Source: a virus (lineage: Duplodnaviria; Caudoviricetes). Taken from it: 37,660 bases of DNA. A program made the translations under genes and the position numbers. The stretch is from positions 1 through 37,660 of the IMG/VR virus record IMGVR_UViG_3300029821_000014, one strand, 5' to 3'. Within the stretch, counting starts at the first letter, position 1, and every line of letters begins with the position of its first letter. Positions 16,501 to 24,925 of this stretch are shown here, piece by piece. The notes under the pieces are model-generated. The model did not search any database and was not told where the DNA came from. It saw nothing but the letters and a program-made list of their open reading frames with translations.

Positions 16501-17355
16501 ATGTATAACATTGATTTTCTATTCAATCTTAGCAGTAAAAGAAGACTAAGTATTACAGAAGAAAAACTAGAGTTTAACTATGGAAGTTATTTATGTATAC
16601 TTGAATCATTAGATAAAAAAGGAGTTAGAGAATCTATAGAGTTCAAAATTAACATCTCAGGTATAGAGTCAATTGATATTGCTCAGTTATTTGAATCAAA
16701 AGTAAAAAATTGGTTAGTGAAATTTGCGTATAAAACAGATACGATGATTCTGATTCCTAACAATTACTTTAAAATAAACGAGGACGGCATTACGAACATT
16801 ACTTTGAAAATATCAGCAGATATTGATTACTATTATTCGTTAAATCGAGATAAAGATTTTTTTCTTGAGTCCATTGTTGACTACCCAAAAAGCCATCAAT
16901 TATTATTCAATATGTATAATAATGCTCTCGTTGGATCAGTCGAACTAAAAATATTAAATCTAACATCCATACTTGAGCAAGTAGCTTCAGCATTTATTTC
17001 TAATAACGAATTTGAAAACACTGAAATAACAAGGTTTTTAGATTATTTAATTTCTCAAACTGAAATTTGCTTTATTGAAAACAAAGCTAAAATGAAGATT
17101 ATAGATAAACTAACTGAAGATAAGAAAAAATCAATTAGAAGTAAAATCCAACTCTTAATTCATAAAATGAAGATTACAGAAGAATATTGTGGTGTTTCCG
17201 CTGAAAAATTTGTACAAGAATGCTATTCTATTAGATCGAACATAAGTCATAATGGGAGCATTTCAATACCTAAAAAACTTAGTAGTCATTCAATAAATGA
17301 TATAATCTCAAATCTAAAACAATTGGTCAGATTAGTAATAGAATTTTATACATAA
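16501..17355 (+). CDS. HEPN-domain protein (ApeA-like, putative anti-phage RNase)
   Basis: Rx4H motif YSIRSNISHNG and upstream LTSILE. Own TATAAT, RBS and terminator. Confidence 0.7.
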   Translation: MYNIDFLFNLSSKRRLSITEEKLEFNYGSYLCILESLDKKGVRESIEFKINISGIESIDIAQLFESKVKNWLVKFAYKTDTMILIPNNYFKINEDGITNITLKISADIDYYYSLNRDKDFFLESIVDYPKSHQLLFNMYNNALVGSVELKILNLTSILEQVASAFISNNEFENTEITRFLDYLISQTEICFIENKAKMKIIDKLTEDKKKSIRSKIQLLIHKMKITEEYCGVSAEKFVQECYSIRSNISHNGSISIPKKLSSHSINDIISNLKQLVRLVIEFYT

Positions 17356-17376
17356 ATAATTGAAATTCCAATAAAT

Positions 17377-17403
17377 GCAAGGTCACCAGACTTTGCTTTT
17401 TTT
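17377..17403 (+). terminator. Intrinsic terminator
   Basis: GCAAGGTC-ACCA-GACTTTGC followed by T7. Confidence 0.8.
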
Positions 17404-17420
17404 ATATAATGTATTGATTA

Positions 17421-18329
17421 TCAAAATCGACTTGATCTTTTTCTTCTTTTAAGATTTCTAGTTTTTTTTCTATTATCCAAGTCATCATCTTCCTGTCTTT
17501 TTTTGACTTTTTCTTCTACTTTACTCTTTCTAGAACTATTGAAGTGATCGAATAATAAAGGTATAAAAACAGCGGTTGCTACCAAATGATAGACAGAGAT
17601 TGTTCTTTCGAATACCAACTGGAATTCAGAGCTGTATCCTAAAGTGTCAATTTCAGCAAAGTGAAAAAAAGCAATAATTGTTCCAATGAGAAATGCCATA
17701 CTTAGTGATCTCGGTGTTAGCTTTTTTTCTATTTGAGCATTTCTAATTGTTTTATTTTCATCGATTTTAAGATTGATTCTTTGACTAAGGTTCTCTGTAT
17801 ACATTACAAAAATATAAAACATTTCAGTCACTAGAACGATGAGAAATAATCTAATCAACAGTTTTACGACAAGCAATGAGTCATTATCATAAATAACAAC
17901 ATAACTTTGGTAATCGAAATTATACACTCCTCCAAATAGTAAATATAAAAATGAAACAATTAGATATGTGAGTATAGCAAAAATAGGTGCAAATGGAATT
18001 AATAGTATCCATTGATGAAACGATATTTTCTTATTATCTTTGCTTTTAAAGGCATATAAAGTTACTCGGAAATTAAATATCAAGTATCCCAAAAAAACTA
18101 CTCCCATTAGGTTCATAAACCATTGTGGCTCTCGAGTTAATTGACTATAGCCATTAACTACATATATAATAAACAACCCAAATAATGCTAAGATAAATAA
18201 GATACCGACAATAAAATGTCCCAGTATCCATTTTTTTGTTGCTAACATGTTTAATCTTAAATACTGTAATGGATGTCCCCATTGAATAAACACTATGAGA
18301 AATCCTAATCCGATTACTAAATCTTTCAA
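17421..18329 (-). CDS. Polytopic membrane protein (about 7 TM helices)
   Basis: Many hydrophobic helices and a basic C-terminal tail. TGcTATAAT and GGGGG RBS upstream of a TTG start. Confidence 0.75.
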   Translation of the reverse strand: MKDLVIGLGFLIVFIQWGHPLQYLRLNMLATKKWILGHFIVGILFILALFGLFIIYVVNGYSQLTREPQWFMNLMGVVFLGYLIFNFRVTLYAFKSKDNKKISFHQWILLIPFAPIFAILTYLIVSFLYLLFGGVYNFDYQSYVVIYDNDSLLVVKLLIRLFLIVLVTEMFYIFVMYTENLSQRINLKIDENKTIRNAQIEKKLTPRSLSMAFLIGTIIAFFHFAEIDTLGYSSEFQLVFERTISVYHLVATAVFIPLLFDHFNSSRKSKVEEKVKKRQEDDDLDNRKKTRNLKRRKRSSRF

Positions 18330-18378
18330 AATAAAACCCCCTTATATGTTTTATTTTATTATAGCATCAAATAGTAAT

Positions 18379-18400
18379 AAAAAATGCCTCTGTTGAGGCA
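18379..18400 (-). terminator. Intrinsic terminator
   Basis: TGCCTC-AACA-GAGGCA followed by T6. Confidence 0.8.
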
Positions 18401-18408
18401 ATGATATA

Positions 18409-18963
18409 TTATTTTTTTATTTTTCCACAACAAGCTTTATACTTTTTTCCACTTCCACAGTGGCATGGTCTATTTCTAGGATATTCACCTGCAGTGTATG
18501 GTTTATCCTTCATTAGGTTAAAATTTACAGTTTCTTGAGAAGGAATTCGAAAAGAAAATACAGTTTTATTATTAAAGTTTGTTACTGCAAAATCGCCTCT
18601 AGATATAATGTCCATACCAATTAACATATCTGCTCCACCAATACCATTTGGAGCTTCTGTCACTACAACATCTTCCACAATAACAGTATTCGGAAGATGC
18701 AAATCCACAATATATTTGTTAACAATAATTGTTCCGCCAGCTGTGTTAACAACAACTTGACCTGTTGAGATTAAACCTAAAGCTGAAACTAAATTATGAC
18801 TTAAAACACTATTTGTAGCCCCAGTATCCCAAATGGCATTATAGCGACCTAGTTTTTCACTAGAAAGACCTATGTATCTTTCTTTAGTTGGATCAGTTAC
18901 CCCCACCTGATTCTGCAAAACATTTGATATGCCAGAGTATGTTGTAGTGAACGACTTACTCAT
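18409..18963 (-). CDS. Retropepsin-like aspartyl protease with C-terminal SEC-C motif
   Basis: AIWDTGATNS and LIGMDII motifs; RNRPCHCGSGKKYKACC. Confidence 0.88.
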   Translation of the reverse strand: MSKSFTTTYSGISNVLQNQVGVTDPTKERYIGLSSEKLGRYNAIWDTGATNSVLSHNLVSALGLISTGQVVVNTAGGTIIVNKYIVDLHLPNTVIVEDVVVTEAPNGIGGADMLIGMDIISRGDFAVTNFNNKTVFSFRIPSQETVNFNLMKDKPYTAGEYPRNRPCHCGSGKKYKACCGKIKK

Positions 18964-19208
18964 GTTCTAAAAATAACCCTAGAATGGAAAGTTTGTGGTT
19001 CTTGAGTAAACTGAGAACAATGTTCAACAATAAATGACCCCAGTTCATATTTTGATAGTGCAAAAGTCATGGCTTCTGGGAGTGTCTTAAAATCACCTTT
19101 GACAGTGCAATCTTTAATGATTATATATCTATTTTTGTATTTACTTAAGAATGCTCTTTTATTTTCTTGGAAGAACTTGGTTTCTTTTTCTAATATGGAA
19201 TTACTCAT
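18960..19208 (-). CDS. Small DUF5678-like partner of the protease (82 aa)
   Basis: FFQENKRAFLSKYKNRYIII...A pattern; ATGA overlap with the protease. Start reassigned to ATG 19208 behind a GGGGG RBS. Confidence 0.65.
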   Translation of the reverse strand: MSNSILEKETKFFQENKRAFLSKYKNRYIIIKDCTVKGDFKTLPEAMTFALSKYELGSFIVEHCSQFTQEPQTFHSRVIFRT

Positions 19209-19291
19209 AAAATGACCCCCTTGCAACATAATAATACCACATTTTCCATAAAATCAACACTAAGGTTACTTTTTTAGTCATGAAATACGAT

Positions 19292-19318
19292 AAAAAGAGC
19301 TTGCTAATAGCAAACCCT
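19292..19318 (-). terminator. Late-operon terminator
   Basis: AGGGTTTGC-TATTA-GCAAGCTCT followed by a T run. Confidence 0.75.
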
Positions 19319-19339
19319 TTGTTTTTAACACATTTTACG

Positions 19340-19933
19340 TTATTCGAGTATTTCAAGTAGTCTCTGAAGATATTTCTTGTACTCATCAATCTCGTCAATT
19401 TTCTCTGTGATTAATGCCTTGGCCAAGAAGATTTTATCCTTGTGTACACTGCAGTCTTCACATTCAGGACATGTTAGAACGATTACTTGTTCTTCTTGTT
19501 TGACTTCAGGTTCTTCAACTGATCTAGCATCAGCAACTTCTTCCACAACTTCTTCTTGAAATGTGGCAGTTTCTTCCTGATGTTCCTGGGTTTCTGTTGT
19601 CATGACCTCACCCAAATCACCTTCAGTTACTTCTTCAACTGCTTCGACTACGGTGGGATCTTCTTCATTTTGAAGTAACTTTGAAGTGAATTCGACATCA
19701 CCGCGTTTGTTAGTGAACTGTTCAAACTCACTGTTTGAGAGATCAAGAATCTCTTGAGCTTCAGAACCTGTGATTGGGATTGCAATATCAGAGATTGAAT
19801 CATAAGTATATACTGAACCATTCTCAGTAATACCAACTGCCTTAACTTTGAACTCATCAGCTTGCTTCTGAAGTACTTTAAGATCTTGAACATTTTTGAT
19901 TTTGCCATAAGCGCGTTCACTGTTTACGATCAT
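19340..19933 (-). CDS. Acidic hypothetical protein, last late gene
   Basis: Glu-rich linker, CPECEDCSVH motif, C-terminal coiled coil. Confidence 0.7.
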   Translation of the reverse strand: MIVNSERAYGKIKNVQDLKVLQKQADEFKVKAVGITENGSVYTYDSISDIAIPITGSEAQEILDLSNSEFEQFTNKRGDVEFTSKLLQNEEDPTVVEAVEEVTEGDLGEVMTTETQEHQEETATFQEEVVEEVADARSVEEPEVKQEEQVIVLTCPECEDCSVHKDKIFLAKALITEKIDEIDEYKKYLQRLLEILE

Positions 19934-20712
19934 TTGAGTTCCTCCTTCAGCTGAGTTATTTCAGTGATATGACCATTGATCTTCTTTTCTATTGCCAAGC
20001 GTTGTTTACCGTATGTATCCTTAGCAATACTTTGTTCTGCAGTCAGATCTCCGCCATATTCTTCGATTCGCTTAATGTATGGTTTTAAATAGTCATAGTT
20101 TACATCAAGTGTATCTAGTTCTTTCTTAGCCAGCTTTACGAGTTTGTTCAATTCTTTAATTCGTCCTTTGGATTGAACCACTCTTTTCACAGCTTCACCA
20201 AGTTCTTTACCTCTGTTCAAAATACCAGGACTAGAAACGACACCAATAGAAATTAAGAAGATTTCAAAGTTTTCAGCAATGAAGGCTAACTCTGGCATGA
20301 ATACCGATGCAATACCTAATCCCAATAGCAACACCGTCAATAACAGTGATGCTAACTGAATCCAACTTAAAGATTTAAAATATGCTTTCATTTTTATTCC
20401 TCCTATTTTTAGAATATTGAAAGTGTTAATAACGATTTCCCCTTTATGCTCTGGGTTATGAGCTAAATGTACTAAATTATTCGTTTTTTCCATAAGTAGC
20501 AATCGGTTGACTATTTTTTTATTTTTCCGATTTTTTAATAATGCCTGGATAATCCCCACCCAAATTAATATTAAAGATGAGATGTAAAATGCTTTTTGTA
20601 GATTGACTACATCTAGTCTATCAACGAACATCGATAGTATTGTCATCGCATATCCGCTGATTAACAACCAGAACTCTCTAAGGACCCTCACATTACGCAT
20701 ACCTCGCTTCAT
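19930..20712 (-). CDS. Four-TM membrane protein with coiled coil (holin-like slot)
   Basis: Two pairs of TM helices; internal AGGAGG and ATG at 20391. Confidence 0.6.
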   Translation of the reverse strand: MKRGMRNVRVLREFWLLISGYAMTILSMFVDRLDVVNLQKAFYISSLILIWVGIIQALLKNRKNKKIVNRLLLMEKTNNLVHLAHNPEHKGEIVINTFNILKIGGIKMKAYFKSLSWIQLASLLLTVLLLGLGIASVFMPELAFIAENFEIFLISIGVVSSPGILNRGKELGEAVKRVVQSKGRIKELNKLVKLAKKELDTLDVNYDYLKPYIKRIEEYGGDLTAEQSIAKDTYGKQRLAIEKKINGHITEITQLKEELK

Positions 20713-21022
20713 ACGATTCTAGTAAATCAGTAAACCATTGGATTGTATTCCCTACCGGATCTAATCCTAATACAAATTGAGCTAACATAAACGCTCCAAT
20801 CAGTAAGATGAAGAAACTCATTACTGCAGCCCAATAGTTTCTAGGATCAAAAATGAATGCTCCAATTTTCTGATTAGTCACTAGAAAAAACTCAAAGAAT
20901 CTGTAAATCCAATAAATGAATGTTAGAAACAATACAATGTAGTAAAGTATTCTAAGCACCTTCGGCAACCTATCTGCTATTCGAAAGGCAAACCGTTTTG
21001 AAATTGCTGATGCATTTTCCAT
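20693..21022 (-). CDS. Two-TM membrane protein (holin candidate)
   Basis: Two TM helices; position after the tail fibre genes. Confidence 0.55.
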   Translation of the reverse strand: MENASAISKRFAFRIADRLPKVLRILYYIVLFLTFIYWIYRFFEFFLVTNQKIGAFIFDPRNYWAAVMSFFILLIGAFMLAQFVLGLDPVGNTIQWFTDLLESYEARYA

Positions 21023-21058
21023 TAAAATCCTCTTTCCGCGAGTTCTGTCGCTACTTTA

Positions 21059-21322
21059 TTAATCACATCTGTAAAAGCGTGTTGTACAAGGCATAGGTTC
21101 ATTGGTTGAATGAGAGACTCTCATCAATGTACCAACGGGAAAAGTACCTGGTGGACGATTGGTTGTTAGTTTACTTCTTGTAGTAGCTTCAGTGTCACAT
21201 GTTGAACCAGTTACATAACTGTATGTTTCATCATAAGATCCTGAAGTACCTATATACGTCCAAACAGTTCCATATACAATAGGTGGTATTACATTTTGAC
21301 TTGCTACTATTCCTGCTATCAT
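21059..21322 (-). CDS. Small tail-fibre-associated protein
   Basis: ATGA-coupled to the fibre gene; Thr-rich with three Cys. Confidence 0.55.
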   Translation of the reverse strand: MIAGIVASQNVIPPIVYGTVWTYIGTSGSYDETYSYVTGSTCDTEATTRSKLTTNRPPGTFPVGTLMRVSHSTNEPMPCTTRFYRCD

Positions 21323-23334
21323 GTCTTAATCGCTCCAAATAGGACCCATGTATCTGTAAGTATCTTTTTGATTGTGACAACTTGATATTGGGTATTGATA
21401 CGTCTCTTTGTTCCATCTGATAGTAATGTGACTCCTGAACCAGGAGCTAGTGATACTTCACCAGTTCCATATCTCATGAAGTGTATTTCTGTTCCTACAG
21501 GAAATGCAACACTTGAGTTAGGTGGAATCGTAAACGTCAATGCTGAAGATGAGTTAACATATACAAAGTCATTCTCATCTGTTAAAGCCAATGTAGCTGA
21601 CACTGTTCTTGTTATCACTTGCGCAATGCTACGCTTACGAATCGCTTGTTCTGTTCTTTGAGGTGTCATGTATTTGAGACCAGAAGTTCCTGCTTCAGCT
21701 TCAGCTTGAGTAGCTATTCCATAATTCTCTACACTACTTAAACCTATAAAAGTTTTATTAATTGCAGTGTTTGCCCAACTAGTCCCATTCCATACAATCG
21801 CATGATCTGTTCCTGGACTAGAGATTGCAACATTGAATAGATCTCCTAAACCTAATGAATCAACATAGTTTTTGGTTGCAGCATCTTGTGCGTAATATGG
21901 ATCTGAAACATTAGCTAATACAGCTCCACCAAAATTAATACTATCAAGACCAGTGAATAAGATATATCCTCCATCAGATGTTATATTGTCATTGAATGAT
22001 ACTGGTCCAGTGAATGCTCCTCCAATTTTTGGCATTGCCCCTATGTCATCAGGTGAAGGTTTATTTCCCGAATGATATATGCTATAAATATTACTATTAG
22101 TATGAAACTGAAGTTTGTTGACACCTATTCTTATATAATCAGAAATTGCATTAATATTCTCCCCACCGCCAAATAAATACTCTCTATCTGTTGATGAACG
22201 AAGCACCATTGAATACCCACCAGTTGCACCATCCCCTTGATCGTTGACATTAAATCCTCCACTTAAAACACCACCTATTGATGGAAATTTCGTGGAATCA
22301 TAGATTGTAATATTTGAAGAGCCATCAAAATTTATTCCATTAATTTGTCTTGCAGTTGTTAGTTTATCTGCAAGTTCTGTACGGTATTGATAATCTAATG
22401 AAACAGTCATATTGGTAAACCACGCAGTTTCACCAGAACCTGAGTAGTTCATCAACCAACCAATCTTTATCTTTGCTGTTCCTGGAGGAAATTTAGTAGA
22501 AACATTTGTTCCTGAAAAATCCATTCCATCCATGATACCTGTGTATGTTACCCAATCTGTTGTTAAAAGTGTATTACCCATAACATTATACTTATATGAT
22601 CCACCTGATGAACCATTACTTAATGGTGTTCCTGCTGGTATAGTTCCTCCTGCCCAAGCTACTCTTAAAGTAATCGTGTTGTTTGTGAAATTAATTGCTC
22701 CTGGATCCCAAGCATTACCTGTCCAATTTCTCGAATAAGTAAGCGGTGGGTACAGATAACCAAAACTGTTCACATAATTCCAAATGATAATCGATCTAAG
22801 GTGAGTATTGACTCCAGCAGTTCCGCTATTGTCCCAGTTAGCAGCACTATTCAAATAGACAATAGTATCACCATTTTTTAACTCTTGAGCTAATGTAGTT
22901 AGTGTATTTGCTCTAAACATATGAGTGTTTGCATTTACAAAATTTCCATCAACATCAAAACAAACTGTCATCATGTAATATCGTCCAACACCATTTAGTG
23001 TTTTTGCATCAATAGACATTTTGTATCTTTTGGTAGCTTCCACTGGCATGAATTCATCATTGAATAAAGTTGCTGCACCTGTGTATCTAAATGAACCAGG
23101 AGAATTATTTGCATGTGCACCATCAAATATAAAAGAACTGAAATTTGTGTTGTTTCCAAGTAATGCGGTACCATTGGTAAGAAGGTTTTGCCCTCTTGAG
23201 GCTATATATGTTTTACCTGTCTTTTCATCTAGAATAGTCTGAAGACCAATAACCATATCTATAGAACTTTCAAAATAATATTTGTCCCAGGTACTGCCAT
23301 TCCAATATAAGTATTGAGATTTTACTGTTGCCAT
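21319..23334 (-). CDS. Tail fibre / receptor-binding protein 2
   Basis: Fibre motifs RQINGINFDGSSNITI, DAATKNYVD and IATQAEAEAGT..MTP. Confidence 0.8.
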   Translation of the reverse strand: MATVKSQYLYWNGSTWDKYYFESSIDMVIGLQTILDEKTGKTYIASRGQNLLTNGTALLGNNTNFSSFIFDGAHANNSPGSFRYTGAATLFNDEFMPVEATKRYKMSIDAKTLNGVGRYYMMTVCFDVDGNFVNANTHMFRANTLTTLAQELKNGDTIVYLNSAANWDNSGTAGVNTHLRSIIIWNYVNSFGYLYPPLTYSRNWTGNAWDPGAINFTNNTITLRVAWAGGTIPAGTPLSNGSSGGSYKYNVMGNTLLTTDWVTYTGIMDGMDFSGTNVSTKFPPGTAKIKIGWLMNYSGSGETAWFTNMTVSLDYQYRTELADKLTTARQINGINFDGSSNITIYDSTKFPSIGGVLSGGFNVNDQGDGATGGYSMVLRSSTDREYLFGGGENINAISDYIRIGVNKLQFHTNSNIYSIYHSGNKPSPDDIGAMPKIGGAFTGPVSFNDNITSDGGYILFTGLDSINFGGAVLANVSDPYYAQDAATKNYVDSLGLGDLFNVAISSPGTDHAIVWNGTSWANTAINKTFIGLSSVENYGIATQAEAEAGTSGLKYMTPQRTEQAIRKRSIAQVITRTVSATLALTDENDFVYVNSSSALTFTIPPNSSVAFPVGTEIHFMRYGTGEVSLAPGSGVTLLSDGTKRRINTQYQVVTIKKILTDTWVLFGAIKT

Positions 23335-23350
23335 GGCTATACCTCCTTAG

Positions 23351-24505
23351 TTATGATCTTGATAGTTCCTTTAAATATGAATCTCCAGCTGTGTTACCAG
23401 TTCCAACTGGATCAGCAACTCCTGTACTGGTTTTATTTTTTGCTCCAGCCAAAGTATAAGCACCAGCAATTGTTTGCGCGTTACTAGTATTATAGGTAGT
23501 TGTTCCACGCAACAGTTTAATGACTGAAAGAATATCTTTAACCCTTGATAATAATGAAATATCAGCATTTGCAGCCTGGATGTTAGCAAATATTTCACTA
23601 TCAAGTGCTGCAAAAGTTGCGAGTTTATCTTCTGTGATACCACCAGCTAACATATCATTAAGAATTCCTAATTGTGCTACTCCGAAGTTGGTACCAGTTT
23701 TTACTAAACCACCACTTCCGATGATTCCATAAGTGTCTGTTCTACTCCATAGAATCCATGTATTATCAGATCTACAGTAATACTTATAATCGTTTTGAGT
23801 TGCACCTTCATGGACGAAAACCAATGCTCCTACTCCACTATCTGCAATCACCTTTGTCCAAGCACCAGAGCTTACGGTATATATACCATTTTGAGTAATA
23901 GTGGTTTGATTCTTAACAAGAACCCTATTACCTGCAGCTAAGACGATGCCATCAATGGTTAGTAACCCGCTTAATGAAGCAATATTTGCTGTTGAAGCTG
24001 CTCTAACTTCATCAACAGGATCTACACCTTCTGCGAATATTCCATCAACATATTCTTTGTTTGCAGCATGATGACCTTGTGAAGGTAGTGGAACATTAAT
24101 CACTGGAATGCTATTGATGTTTATAAAATCTAAACTTCCACCAAATGCTATAGAACCACCATTGGAATCGATAATATTTGCGAAGATAGAGTCTGTTGAA
24201 AAGTTTCCACTGAATTGTGCATTTGTTCCAATAAGGTCTCCAGTTAGTATTCCTCCACCTAATGACAACATCAAATGTGTTAAATCAGGAATTATTGTTT
24301 CTTCAAGATATCCACTTATGTTTATCTTTGCTAGTTGATTAGATCCATTGAAGTTTGTCAAATAATCAGCAATCTTAGTTCTTTCATCTGAAGTGAGTAC
24401 TTTTGCTGTATCAGTTTCTACAATAAGATCAGCACTCGTTTTGAAATAATATAAGTCCCATGAACTACCATTCCAATAGTAATATTCTGACTTAACAGTT
24501 GCCAT
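23351..24505 (-). CDS. Tail fibre protein 1
   Basis: AANKEYVD and VRAASTANI...LTIDG...RVLVKNQT...NGIY fibre motifs. Confidence 0.8.
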   Translation of the reverse strand: MATVKSEYYYWNGSSWDLYYFKTSADLIVETDTAKVLTSDERTKIADYLTNFNGSNQLAKINISGYLEETIIPDLTHLMLSLGGGILTGDLIGTNAQFSGNFSTDSIFANIIDSNGGSIAFGGSLDFININSIPVINVPLPSQGHHAANKEYVDGIFAEGVDPVDEVRAASTANIASLSGLLTIDGIVLAAGNRVLVKNQTTITQNGIYTVSSGAWTKVIADSGVGALVFVHEGATQNDYKYYCRSDNTWILWSRTDTYGIIGSGGLVKTGTNFGVAQLGILNDMLAGGITEDKLATFAALDSEIFANIQAANADISLLSRVKDILSVIKLLRGTTTYNTSNAQTIAGAYTLAGAKNKTSTGVADPVGTGNTAGDSYLKELSRS

Positions 24506-24914
24506 GTGGACTCACCTCTTCTTCGACATCTGATTCCTTTTTTAAACTCTTTGGAATAGGGAATCGAACCAATCGTTTTCCATCCAACATAAGTTCTTCT
24601 ACAGGCGTATCTGGAGGTAATTTGAAATGATGAGTCGCTTCTGCTTCAGGGACTTCATCAAAATGTCCATCAGGTTTAATCTTTAAATGAAAATCTTTTA
24701 GTCTTGCTAATATCATCTCAGCAATAGAAGATTCCTGAATCGATGGTATTCCTTTATAGTCACCATAGATTACTGGTTTTTGATAAGTCATACCCGCTTC
24801 GATAACAGCAAAAGGTTGATCTGCATAAACCTCATCATTCTTTGATATTTTGACAACTATAAGTCCTTTAAACCTCTCAGTAGTTGCAATGATGTTTACA
24901 ATTTGCTTACTCAT
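24492..24914 (-). CDS. Hypothetical tail-region protein
   Basis: AGGAGG RBS before ATG 24914. Confidence 0.6.
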   Translation of the reverse strand: MSKQIVNIIATTERFKGLIVVKISKNDEVYADQPFAVIEAGMTYQKPVIYGDYKGIPSIQESSIAEMILARLKDFHLKIKPDGHFDEVPEAEATHHFKLPPDTPVEELMLDGKRLVRFPIPKSLKKESDVEEEVSPHGNC

Positions 24915-24925
24915 ATCTATTCCTC

